From Auanema rhodensis (taxonomy: Eukaryota > Animalia > Nematoda): a DNA stretch of 64,000 bases. The DNA lies in the NCBI GenBank assembly GCA_964057225.1, contig OZ059900.1:14384001-14448000 (forward strand), read 5' to 3'. Below, in pieces: positions 15,301 to 27,900 of the stretch (its first letter is position 1; every line of letters starts with the position of its first letter). The position numbers and the translations under genes are program-made. The notes below the pieces were generated by a model that did not search any database, was not told the origin of the DNA, and saw only the letters and a list, made by a program, of their open reading frames with translations.

Positions 15301-18300
15301 ATTAAGAGTGTGAGTTTGAAATATAGTAGAAAAATGAAACACTGTCTCTAACATATATTGATTTATGGCCTACTTTACTCAAAGAGCTAATTGAAGTTTG
15401 GTGTTAAAATGAACAATTGATTAACGCTGACGTTCCGTTTTTTTTCATTGTAATTGAGATAGAATACTTAAATTAAATGGAAATGTTTAACAATTTAGAA
15501 AAAAAACACAAGCTCAAATCACTTTTGAAAAAACAGAAAGTTTAAAATAACCTTTTTTCTAATAATTATCTTTTTAATTCGACTTTTGGAAGAAAACAAA
15601 AATAGCATAACATTCAATAACGATGAATCAGAACAAAAACATTCTCCCCGGCCGGGAATTGAACCCGGCTCTCGCATGTGACAGACGCGGATACTCACCA
15701 CTATACTACCGAGGATTGAGTTTGCACTTAGAAACTTTCATTAAGAGTGTGAGTTTGAATTATAGTAGAAAAATGAAACACTGTCTCTAACATATCTTGA
15801 TTTATGGCCTATTTTACTCAAAGAGCTAATTGAAGTTTGGTGTTAAAATGAACAACTGATTAAAGCTGACGTTCCGTTTTTTTTCATCGTAATTGAGATA
15901 GAACATTTAAATTAAATAGAAATGTTTGAAAATTTAGAAAAAAACACAAGCTCAAATCACTTTTGAAAAAACAGAAAGTTTAAAACAACCTTTTTTCTAA
16001 TAATTATCGTTTTTATCCGACTTTTTGAAGAAAACAAAAATAGCATAACATTCAATAACGATGAATCAGAACAAAAACATTCTCCCCGGCCGGGAATTGA
16101 ACCCGGGTCTCGCATGTGACAGACGCGGATACTCACTACTATACTACCGAGGATTGAGTTTGCACTTAGAAACTTTCATTAAGAGTGTGAGTTTGAATTA
16201 TAGTAGAAAAATGAAACACTGTCTCTAACATATCTTGATTTATGGCCTATTTTACTCAAAGAGCTAATTGAAGTTTGGTGTTAAAATGAACAATTGATTA
16301 AAGCTGACGTTCCGTTTTTTTTCATCGTAATTGAGATAGAACATTTAAATTAAATAGAAATGTTTAAAAATTTAGAAAAAAACACAAGCTCAAATCACTT
16401 TTGAAAAAACAGAAAGTTTAAAACAACCTTTTTTCTAATAATTATCGTTTTTATCCGACTTTTTGAAGAAAACAAAAATAGCATAACATTCAATAACGAT
16501 GAATCAGAACAAAAACATTCTCCCCGGCCGGGAATTGAACCCGGGTCTCGCATGTGACAGACGCGGATACTCACCACTATACTACCGAGGATTGAATTTG
16601 CACTTAGAAACTTTCATTGAGAGTGTGAGTTTGAATTAAAGTAGAAAAATGAAACACTGTCTCTAAGATATCTTGATTTATGGCCTACTTTACTCAAAGA
16701 GCTAATTGAAGTTTGGTGTTAGAATGAACAATTGATTAACGCTGACGTTTCAATTTTTTTCATCGTAGTTGAGATAGAACATTTAAATTAAATGGAAATG
16801 TTTAACAATTTAGAAAAAAAACACAAGCTCAAATCACTTTTGAAAAAGCAGAAAGTTTAAAATAACCTTTTTTCTAATAATTATCTTTTTAATTCGACTT
16901 TTGGAAGAAAACAAAAATAGCATAACATTCAATAACGATGAATCAGAACAAAAACATTCTCCCCGGCCGGGAATTGAACCCGGGTCTCGCATGTGACAGA
17001 CGCGGATACTCACCACTATACTACCGAGGATTGAATTTGCACTTAGAAACTTTCATTAAGAGTGTGAGTTTGAAATATAGTAGAAAAATGAAACACTGTC
17101 TCTAACATATATTGATTTATGGCCTACTTTACTCAAAGAGCTAATTGAAGTTTGGTGTTAAAATGAACAATTGATTAACGCTGACGTTCCGTTTTTTTTC
17201 ATTGTAATTGAGATAGAATACTTAAATTAAATGGAAATGTTTAACAATTTAGAAAAAAAACACAAGCTCAAATCACTTTTGAAAAAACAGAAAGTTTAAA
17301 ATAACCTTTTTTCTAATAATTATCTTTTTAATTCGACTTTTGGAAGAAAACAAAAATAGCATAACATTCAATAACGATGAATCAGAACAAAAACATTCTC
17401 CCCGGCCGGGAATTGAACCCGGCTCTCGCATGTGACAGACGCGGATACTCACCACTATACTACCGAGGATTGAGTTTGCACTTAGAAACTTTCATTAAGA
17501 GTGTGAGTTTGAATTATAGTAGAAAAATGAAACACTGTCTCTAACATATCTTGATTTATGGCCTATTTTACTCAAAGAGCTAATTGAAGTTTGGTGTTAA
17601 AATGAACAACTGATTAAAGCTGACGTTCCGTTTTTTTTCATCGTAATTGAGATAGAACATTTAAATTAAATAGAAATGTTTGAAAATTTAGAAAAAAACA
17701 CAAGCTCAAATCACTTTTGAAAAAACAGAAAGTTTAAAACAACCTTTTTTCTAATAATTATCGTTTTTATCCGACTTTTTGAAGAAAACAAAAATAGCAT
17801 AACATTCAATAACGATGAATCAGAACAAAAACATTCTCCCCGGCCGGGAATTGAACCCGGGTCTCGCATGTGACAGACGCGGATACTCACCACTATACTA
17901 CCGAGGATTGAGTTTGCACTTAGAAACTTTCATTAAGAGTGTGAGTTTGAATTATAGTAGAAAAATGAAACACTGTCTCTAACATATCTTGATTTATGGC
18001 CTATTTTACTCAAAGAGCTAATTGAAGTTTGGTGTTAAAATGAACAATTGATTAAAGCTGACGTTCCGTTTTTTTTCATCGTAATTGAGATAGAACATTT
18101 AAATTAAATAGAAATGTTTAAAAATTTAGAAAAAAACACAAGCTCAAATCACTTTTGAAAAAACAGAAAGTTTAAAACAACCTTTTTTCTAATAATTATC
18201 GTTTTTATCCGACTTTTTGAAGAAAACAAAAATAGCATAACATTCAATAACGATGAATCAGAACAGAAACATTCTCCCCGGCCGGGAATTGAACCCGGGT

Positions 18301-21300
18301 CTCGCATGTGACAGACGCGGATACTCACCACTATACTACCGAGGATTGAATTTGCAATTAGAAACTTTCATTAAGAGTGTGAGTTTGAATTATAGTAGAA
18401 AAATAAAACACTGTCTCTAAGATATCTTGATTTATGGCCTACTTTACTCAAAGAGCTAATTGAAGTTTGGTGTTAGAATGAACAATTGATTAACGCTGAC
18501 GTTCTATTTTTTTGCATCGTTATTGGGATAGAATACTTAAATTAAATGGAAATGTTTAACAATTTAGAAAAAAAACACAAGCTCAAATCACTTTTGAAAT
18601 AACAGAAAGTTTAAAATAACCTTTTTTCTAATAATTATCTTTTTAATTCGACTTTTGGAAAAAAACAGAAATAGCATAACATTCAATAACGATGAATCAG
18701 AACAGAAACATTCTCCCCGGCCGGGAATTGAACCCGGGTCTCGCATGTGACAGACGCGGATACTCACCACTATACTACCGAGGATTGAATTTGCAATTAG
18801 AAACTTTCATTAAGAGTGTGAGTTTGAATTATAGTAGAAAAATAAAACACTGTCTCTAAGATATCTTGATTTATGGCCTACTTTACTCAAAGAGCTAATT
18901 GAAGTTTGGTGTTAGAATGAACAATTGATTAACGCTGACGTTCCATTTTTTTTCATCGTTATTGAGATAGAATACTTAAATTAAATGGAAATGTTCAACA
19001 ATTTAGAAAAAAAAACACAAGCTCAAATCACTTTTGAAAAAACAGAAAGTTTAAAACAACCTTTTTTCTAATAATTATCGTTTTTATCCGACTTTTTGAA
19101 GAAAACAAAAATAGCATAACATTCAATAACGATGAATCAGAACAAAAACATTCTCCCCGGCCGGGAATTGAACCCGGGTCTCGCATGTGACAGACGCGGA
19201 TACTCACCACTATACTACCGAGGATTGAGTTTGCACTTAGAAACTTTCATTAAGAGTGTGAGTTTGAATTATAGTAGAAAAATGAAACACTGTCTCTAAC
19301 ATATCTTGATTTATGGCCTACTTTACTCAAAGAGCTAATTGAAGTTTGGTGTTAGAATGAACAATTGATTAACGCTGACGTTCCATTTTTTTTCATCGTT
19401 ATTGAGATAGAATAGTTAAATTAAATGGAAATGTTTAACAATTTAGAAAAAAAACACAAGCTCAAATCACTTTTGAAAAAACAGAAAGTTTAAAATAACC
19501 TTTTTTCTAATAATTATCTTTTTAATTCGACTTTTGGAAGAAAACAAAAATAGCATAACATTCAATAACGATGAATCAGAACAGAAACATTCTCCCCGGC
19601 CGGGAATTGAACCCGGGTCTCGCATGTGACAGACGCGGATACTCACCACTATACTACCGAGGATTGAATTTGCAATTAGAAACTTTCACTAAGAGTGTGA
19701 GTTTGAATTATAGTAGAAAAATGAAACACTGTCTCTAAGATATCTTGATTTATGGCCTACTTTACTCAAAGAGCTAATTGAAGTTTGGTGTTAGACTGAA
19801 CAATTGATTAACGCTGACGTTCCATTTTTTTGCATCGTTATTGGGATAGAATACTTAAATTAAATGGAAATGTTTAACAATTTAGAAAAAAAACACAAGC
19901 TCAAATCACTTTTGAAATAACAGAAAGTTTAAAATAACCTTTTTTCTAATAATTATCTTTTTAATTCGACTTTTGGAAGAAAACAAAAATAGCATAACAT
20001 TCAATAACGATGAATCAGAACAGAAACATTCTCCCCGGCCGGGAATTGAACCCGGGTCTCGCATGTGACAGACGCGGATACTCACCACTATACTACCGAG
20101 GATTGAATTTGCAATTAGAAACTTTCATTAAGAGTGTGAGTTTGAATTATAGTAGAAAAATAAAACACTGTCTCTAAGATATCTTGATTTATGGCCTACT
20201 TTACTCAAAGAGCTAATTGAAGTTTGGTGTTAGAATGAACAATTGATTAACGCTGACGTTCCATTTTTTTGCATCGTTATTGGGATAGAATACTTAAATT
20301 AAATGGAAATGTTTAACAATTTAGAAAAAAAACACAAGCTCAAATCACTTTTGAAAAAACAGAAAGTTTAAAACAACCTTTTTTCTAATAATTATCGTTT
20401 TTATCCGACTTTTTGAAGAAAACAAAAATAGCATAACATTCAATAACGATGAATCAGAACAAAAACATTCTCCCCGGCCGGGAATTGAACCCGGGTCTCG
20501 CATGTGACAGACGCGGATACTCACCACTATACTACCGAGGATTGAATTTGCACTTAGAAACTTTCATTGAGAGTGTGAGTTTGAATTAAAGTAGAAAAAT
20601 GAAACACTGTCTCTAAGATATCTTGATTTATGGCCTACTTTACTCAAAGAGCTAATTGAAGTTTGGTGTTAGAATGAACAATTGATTAACGCTGACGTTT
20701 CATTTTTTTTCATCGTTATTGAGATAGAATACTTAAATTAAATGGAAATGTTTAACAATTTAGAAAAAAAACACAAGCTCAAATCACTTTTGAAAAAACA
20801 GAAAGTTTAAAATAACCTTTTTTCTAATAATTATCTTTTTAATTCGACTTTTGGAAGAAAACAAAAATAGCATAACATTCAATAACGATGAATCAGAACA
20901 GAAACATTCTCCCCGGCCGGGAATTTTTCTACTTTAATTCAAACTCACACTCTTAATGAAAGTTTTTAAGTGCAAATTCAATCCTCGGTAGTATAGTCGT
21001 GAGTATCCGCGTCTGTCACATGCGAGACCCGGGTTCAATTCCCGGCCGGGGAGAATGTTTTTGTTCTGATTCATCGTTATTGAATGTTATGCTATTTTTG
21101 TTTTTTTCCAAAAGCCGGATAAAAAAGATAATTATGAGAAAAAAGGTTGTTTTAAACTTTCTGTTTTTTCAAAAGTGATTTGAGCTTGTGTTTTTTTTCT
21201 AAATTGTTAAACATTTCCATTTTATTTAAATGTTCTATCTCAATTACGATGAAAAAAATTGAAACGTCAGCGTTAATCAATTGTTCATTCTAACACCAAA

Positions 21301-21420
21301 CTTCAATTAGCTCTTTGAGTAAAATAGGCCATAAATCAAGATATCTTAGAGACAGTGTTTCATTTTTCTACTTTAATTCAAACTCACACTCTCAATGAAA
21401 GTTTCTAAGTGCAAATTCAA

Positions 21421-21492
21421 TCCTCGGTAGTATAGTGGTGAGTATCCGCGTCTGTCACATGCGAGACCCGGGTTCAATTCCCGGCCGGGGAG
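21421..21492 (+). tRNA. tRNA-Asp(GTC), representative of six plus-strand copies in the inverted block
   Basis: The same 72-nt sequence reads directly on the + strand, followed by aatgtttttg. Confidence 0.97.
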
Positions 21493-22995
21493 AATGTTTT
21501 TGTTCTGATTCATCGTTATTGAATCTTATGATATTTTTGTTTCTTTCCAAAAGTCGGATAAAAAAGATAATTATTAGAAAAAAGGTTGTTTTAAACTTTC
21601 TGTTTTTTCAAAAGTGATTTGAGCTTGTGTTTTTTTTCTAAATTGTTAAACATTTCCATTTAATTTAAATGTTCTATCTCAATTACGATGAAAAAAATTG
21701 AAACGTCAGCGTTAATCAATTGTTCATTGTAACACCAAACTTCAATTAGCTCTTTGAGTAAAGTAGGCCATAAATCAAGATATGTTAGAGACAGTGTTTC
21801 ATTTTTCTACTTTAATTCAAACTCACACTCTTAATGAAAGTTTTTAAGTGCAAATTCAATCCTCGGTAGTATAGTCGTGAGTATCCGCGTCTGTCACATG
21901 CGAGACCCGGGTTCAATTCCCGGCCGGGGAGAATGTTTTTGTTCTGATTCATCGTTATTGAATGTTATGCTATTTTTGTTTTTTTCCAAAAGTCGGATAA
22001 AAAAGATAATTATGAGAAAAAAGGTTGTTTTAAACTTTCTGTTTTTTCAAAAGTGATTTGAGCTTGTGTTTTTTTTCTAAATTGTTAAACATTTCCATTT
22101 AATTTAAATGTTCTATCTCAATTACGATGAAAAAAATTGAAACGTCAGCGTTAATCAATTGTTCATTCTAACACCAAACTTCAATTAGCTCTTTGAGTAA
22201 AATAGGCCATAAATCAAGATATCTTAGAGACAGTGTTTCATTTTTCTACTTTAATTCAAACTCACACTCTCAATGAAAGTTTCTAAGTGCAAATTCAATC
22301 CTCGGTAGTATAGTGGTGAGTATCCGCGTCTGTCACATGCGAGACCCGGGTTCAATTCCCGGCCGGGGAGAATGTTTTTGTTCTGATTCATCGTTATTGA
22401 ATCTTATGATATTTTTGTTTCTTTCCAAAAGTCGGATAAAAAAGATAATTATTAGAAAAAAGGTTGTTTTAAACTTTCTGTTTTTTCAAAAGTGATTTGA
22501 GCTTGTGTTTTTTTTCTAAATTGTTAAACATTTCCATTTAATTTAAATGTTCTATCTCAATTACGATGAAAAAAATTGAAACGTCAGCGTTAATCAATTG
22601 TTCATTGTAACACCAAACTTCAATTAGCTCTTTGAGTAAAGTAGGCCATAAATCAAGATATGTTAGAGACAGTGTTTCATTTTTCTACTTTAATTCAAAC
22701 TCACACTCTTAATGAAAGTTTTTAAGTGCAAATTCAATCCTCGGTAGTATAGTCGTGAGTATCCGCGTCTGTCACATGCGAGACCCGGGTTCAATTCCCG
22801 GCCGGGGAGAATGTTTTTGTTCTGATTCATCGTTATTGAATGTTATGCTATTTTTGTTTTTTTCCAAAAGTCGGATAAAAAAGATAATTATGAGAAAAAA
22901 GGTTGTTTTAAACTTTCTGTTTTTTCAAAAGTGATTTGAGCTTGTGTTTTTTTCCTAAATTGTTAAACATTTCCATTTAATTTAAATGTTCTATC

Positions 22996-24057
22996 TCAAT
23001 TACGATGAAAAAAATTGAAATTTCGTTTTCTAGTGTCCATTAAACTGAATTCATAAATTCGTGAAGAGAGATGTTGATAAATGTCATCCATTGATTGATC
23101 TAGAGGATCTGGTTGACGATATAGTTCACTCATTATATAATGAGGAAATTTTTCAGCGCAAATAGTAAAGAAAAATGCAGGACAAATATGACTTCCAGCG
23201 GCTGTAATTTGACGATCATAGCTTTGGATCAAATCAAATAATTGCTTACAGCTTTTTGCATCAGAAGCAGGAGATAAATTTTTCATTTTCCTCAATAATT
23301 GAAGTTTATCTGTAGCATATCTCATATATGCATCTTCAAGTGCTTTTCTCAGTAAGAGATAGTTGTTTTCATTAGGTTCAATACCCCTTATAACGACCAA
23401 AGCTTTATCGGATAAGCCTTCGAGTAAAATGTTCACTTTATCAAGTATGGAATATTGTGAATTTTGATGTATCATGTTATTAAATCTTGACCAATACAGT
23501 TTGAAATTTTCGGGTGTACCATCGAAAGTCGGTATTTGTGTTACCGGACGTTGAATGTGATTGCTTGTTTGTAACAATTGTAATAAATTTGAATAAATTT
23601 GTGTTGTTTCGGAACCAGTGCTTTCGATTACTTTTTCTTTCTTTTTCTCGGGAAGTAGTGATTCCACGAATGCAATTGCTGTTTTAATATGACTGATACG
23701 GTCAAGGAGTAATAATCTTTGTTCGTCAGCTATATTGTAAGCTTGACGATTGTTTGGATTTTCTTCAAGTTCTTCGTATAATGCTTTCATTTCGTTTCGA
23801 AGTTCCTTATCAGAATCTTTGAAAACGGTTTGGTATTTTTCTATGTTTCTGTTCACTGTGTCGAGAGCAGTAGAGAGCTCGTTCAATACCAATTCATGAT
23901 TGCGTAAAGTTGATTGCAGTAAAATAATTCTATCGTATGTTATTTCTGAATCAGATACCCCGGCGGGTTCGTTGTCGAGAAGATTTGCGTAACGTTTGAG
24001 CAAAACGGATAAGAAGTCGTATGAACGACGAATGTCGCCAACAAATGAGGAGGCCAT
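22996..24057 (-). pseudogene. gag: Truncated BEL gag (first ~346 aa) running into array DNA
   Basis: Identical to the N-terminus of ORF 30538-33651 up to MDTRKRN, followed by 7 array-derived codons. Confidence 0.92.
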
Positions 24058-24412
24058 TTCTAACGCTGTGTGAGGCGTAATAGGTAAGCTTCTATAGCTG
24101 ATAATGATGAATAAAATTCAGAAAATGAGAGAGAACAAGAAATGAAAGTTGTACAAAGTACAACAAATGAGTATGAGATATACGACTTGTCGTATCTTGG
24201 AGCGTTATTATGCTCCGAAATTATATCGATTACTGCAGGCAAATTCACGCCTGAGCTGATGGACTTAAGAGTCGCCACCAAATTAAATGATAAAGTACCT
24301 GTTGAAGCAGTGACCTGAGTCGTGATGGTCGATGCACCAATGTCGCTTAGGCGAAGGTATTCGGTTGTCGGTTTTCCGAAAAAATAATGAAAAATAATCG
24401 CTAACCGCGACA
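23019..24412 (-). mobile_element. Truncated inverted duplicate of the 5' end of the BEL/Pao insertion (short LTR, PBS, gag N-terminus)
   Basis: Reverse complement of 30183-31576. The flank 24413-24969 matches 30182-29626, including diagnostic unit variants, so this is a copy of the same insertion and not a new one. Confidence 0.95.
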
Positions 24413-24969
24413 TTTCATTTTTCTACTATATTTCAAACTCACACTCTTAATGAAAGTTTCTAAGTGCAAATTCAATCCTCGGTAGTATAGTCGTGAGTAT
24501 CCGCGTCTGTCACATGCGAGACCCGGGTTCAATTCCCGGCCGGGGAGAATGTTTTTGTTCTGATTCATCGTTATTGAATGTTATGCTATTTTTGTTTTTT
24601 TCCAAAAGTCGGATAAAAAAGATAATTATTAGAAAAAAGGTTGTTTTAAACTTTCTGTTTTTTCAAAAGTGATTTGAGCTTGTGTTTTTTTTCTAAATTG
24701 TTAAACATTTCCATTTAATTTAAATGTTCTATCTCAATTACGATGAAAAAAAACGGAACGTCAGCGTTAATCAATTGTTCATTTTAACACCAAACTTCAA
24801 TTAGCTCTTTGAGTAAAGTAGGCCATAAATCAATATATGTTAGAGTCAGTGTTTCATTTTTCTACTATATTTCAAACTCACACTCTTAATGAAAGTTTCT
24901 AAGTGCAAATTCAATCCTCGGTAGTATAGTGGTGAGTATCCGCGTCTGTCACATGCGAGACCCGGGTTC

Positions 24970-27900
24970 GAACAATTGATTAACGCTGACGTTCCATTTT
25001 TTTGCATCGTTATTGAGATAGAACATTTAAATTAAATAGAAATGTTTAAAAATTTAGAAAAAAACACAAGCTCAAATCACTTTTGAAAAAACAGAAAGTT
25101 TAAAACAACCTTTTTTCTAATAATTATCTTTTTTATCCGACTTTTGGAAAGAAACAAAAATAGCATAACATTCAATAACGATGAATCAGAACAAAAACAT
25201 TCTCCCCGGCCGGAAATTGAACCCGGGTCTCGCATGTGACAGACGCGGATACTCACCACTATACTACCGAGGATTGAATTTGCACTTAGAAACTTTCATT
25301 GAGAGTGTGAGTTTGAATTAAAGTAGAAAAATGAAACACTGTCTCTAAGATATCTTGATTTATGGCCTATTTTACTCAAAGAGCTAATTGAAGTTTGGTG
25401 TTAGAATGAACAATTGATTAACGCTGACGTTTCAATTTTTTTCATCGTAATTGAGATAGAACATTTAAATTAAATGGAAATGTTTAACAATTTAGGAAAA
25501 AAACACAAGCTCAAATCACTTTTGAAAAAACAGAAAGTTTAAAACAACCTTTTTTCTCATAATTATCTTTTTTATCCGACTTTTGGAAAAAAACAAAAAT
25601 AGCATAACATTCAATAACGATGAATCAGAACAAAAACATTCTCCCCGGCCGGGAATTGAACCCGGGTCTCGCATGTGACAGACGCGGATACTCACGACTA
25701 TACTACCGAGGATTGAATTTGCACTTAAAAACTTTCATTAAGAGTGTGAGTTTGAATTAAAGTAGAAAAATGAAACACTGTCTCTAACATATCTTGATTT
25801 ATGGCCTACTTTACTCAAAGAGCTAATTGAAGTTTGGTGTTACAATGAACAATTGATTAACGCTGACGTTTCAATTTTTTTCATCGTAATTGAGATAGAA
25901 CATTTAAATTAAATGGAAATGTTTAACAATTTAGAAAAAAAACACAAGCTCAAATCACTTTTGAAAAAACAGAAAGTTTAAAACAACCTTTTTTCTAATA
26001 ATTATCTTTTTTATCCGACTTTTGGAAAGAAACAAAAATATCATAAGTTTCAATAACGATGAATCAGAACAAAAACATTCTCCCCGGCCGGGAATTGAAC
26101 CCGGGTCTCGCATGTGACAGACGCGGATACTCACCACTATACTACCGAGGATTGAATTTGCACTTAGAAACTTTCATTGAGAGTGTGAGTTTGAATTAAA
26201 GTAGAAAAATGAAACACTGTCTCTAAGATATCTTGATTTATGGCCTATTTTACTCAAAGAGCTAATTGAAGTTTGGTGTTAGAATGAACAATTGATTAAC
26301 GCTGACGTTTCAATTTTTTTCATCGTAATTGAGATAGAACATTTAAATTAAATGGAAATGTTTAACAATTTAGAAAAAAAACACAAGCTCAAATCACTTT
26401 TGAAAAAACAGAAAGTTTAAAACAACCTTTTTTCTCATAATTATCTTTTTTATCCGACTTTTGGAAAAAAACAAAAATAGCATAACATTCAATAACGATG
26501 AATCAGAACAAAAACATTCTCCCCGGCCGGGAATTGAACCCGGGTCTCGCATGTGACAGACGCGGATACTCACGACTATACTACCGAGGATTGAATTTGC
26601 ACTTAAAAACTTTCCCCGGGTCTCGCATGTGACAGACGCGGATACTCACCACTATACTACCGAGGATTGAATTTGCACTTAGAAACTTTCATTGAGAGTG
26701 TGAGTTTGAATTAAAGTAGAAAAATGAAACACTGTCTCTAAGATATCTTGATTTATGGCCTATTTTACTCAAAGAGCTAATTGAAGTTTGGTGTTAGAAT
26801 GAACAATTGATTAACGCTGACGTTTCAATTTTTTTCATCGTAATTGAGATAGAACATTTAAATTAAATGGAAATGTTTAACAATTTAGAAAAAAAACACA
26901 AGCTCAAATCACTTTTGAAAAAACAGAAAGTTTAAAACAACCTTTTTTCTAATAATTATCTTTTTTCAAAAACATTCTCCCCGGCCGGGAATTGAACCCG
27001 GGTCTCGCATGTGACAGACGCGGATACTCACCACTATACTACCGAGGATTGAATTTGCACTTAGAAACTTTCATTAAGAGTGTGAGTTTGAATTATAGTA
27101 GAAAAATGAAACACTGTCTCTAACATATCTTGATTTATGGCCTACTTTACTCAAAGAGCTGATTGAAGTTTGGTGTTAAAATGAACAATTGATTAAAGCT
27201 GACGTTCCGTTTTTTTTCATCGTAATTGAGATAGAACATTTAAATTAAATAGAAATGTTTAAAAATTTAGAAAAAAACACAAGCTCAAATCACTTTTGAA
27301 AAAACAGAAAGTTTAAAACAACCTTTTTTCTAATAATTATCTTTTTTATCCGACTTTTGGAAAGAAACAAAAATAGCATAACATTCAATAACGATGAATC
27401 AGAACAAAAACATTCTCCCCGGCCGGAAATTGAACCCGGGTCTCGCATGTGACAGACGCGGATACTCACCACTATACTACCGAGGATTGAATTTGCACTT
27501 AGAAACTTTCATTGAGAGTGTGAGTTTGAATTAAAGTAGAAAAATGAAACACTGTCTCTAAGATATCTTGATTTATGGCCTATTTTACTCAAAGAGCTAA
27601 TTGAAGTTTGGTGTTAGAATGAACAATTGATTAACGCTGACGTTTCAATTTTTTTCATCGTAATTGAGATAGAACATTTAAATTAAATGGAAATGTTTAA
27701 CAATTTAGGAAAAAAACACAAGCTCAAATCACTTTTGAAAAAACAGAAAGTTTAAAACAACCTTTTTTCTCATAATTATCTTTTTTATCCGACTTTTGGA
27801 AAAAAACAAAAATAGCATAACATTCAATAACGATGAATCAGAACAAAAACATTCTCCCCGGCCGGGAATTGAACCCGGGTCTCGCATGTGACAGACGCGG

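Larger units (their letters stand above)
1..20925 (-). repeat. Tandem tRNA-Asp array, segment 1 (438-439 bp unit, about 47 full tRNA copies)
   Basis: A near-identical unit recurs every 438-440 bp (ORF-track starts 171, 609, 1047 ... 20345). The segment ends inside a tRNA T-arm at 20925. Confidence 0.98.
20923..24969 (+). repeat. Inverted block: about 4.8 array units, a truncated BEL copy, then about 1.3 array units
   Basis: The unit appears reverse-complemented. Junctions are ccggccgggaatt|tttctac at about 20925 and cccgggttc|gaacaattg at 24969/24970. Confidence 0.95.

Noticed and set aside
1-20925. CRISPR-like array
   Set aside because: The spacers are near-identical rather than unique, the unit is 439 bp, there are no cas genes, and the context is eukaryotic.
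23019-24412. Third independent BEL insertion
   Set aside because: It has the same junction and the same flanking variants as 30183, so it is not counted as evidence for targeting or for LTR asymmetry.
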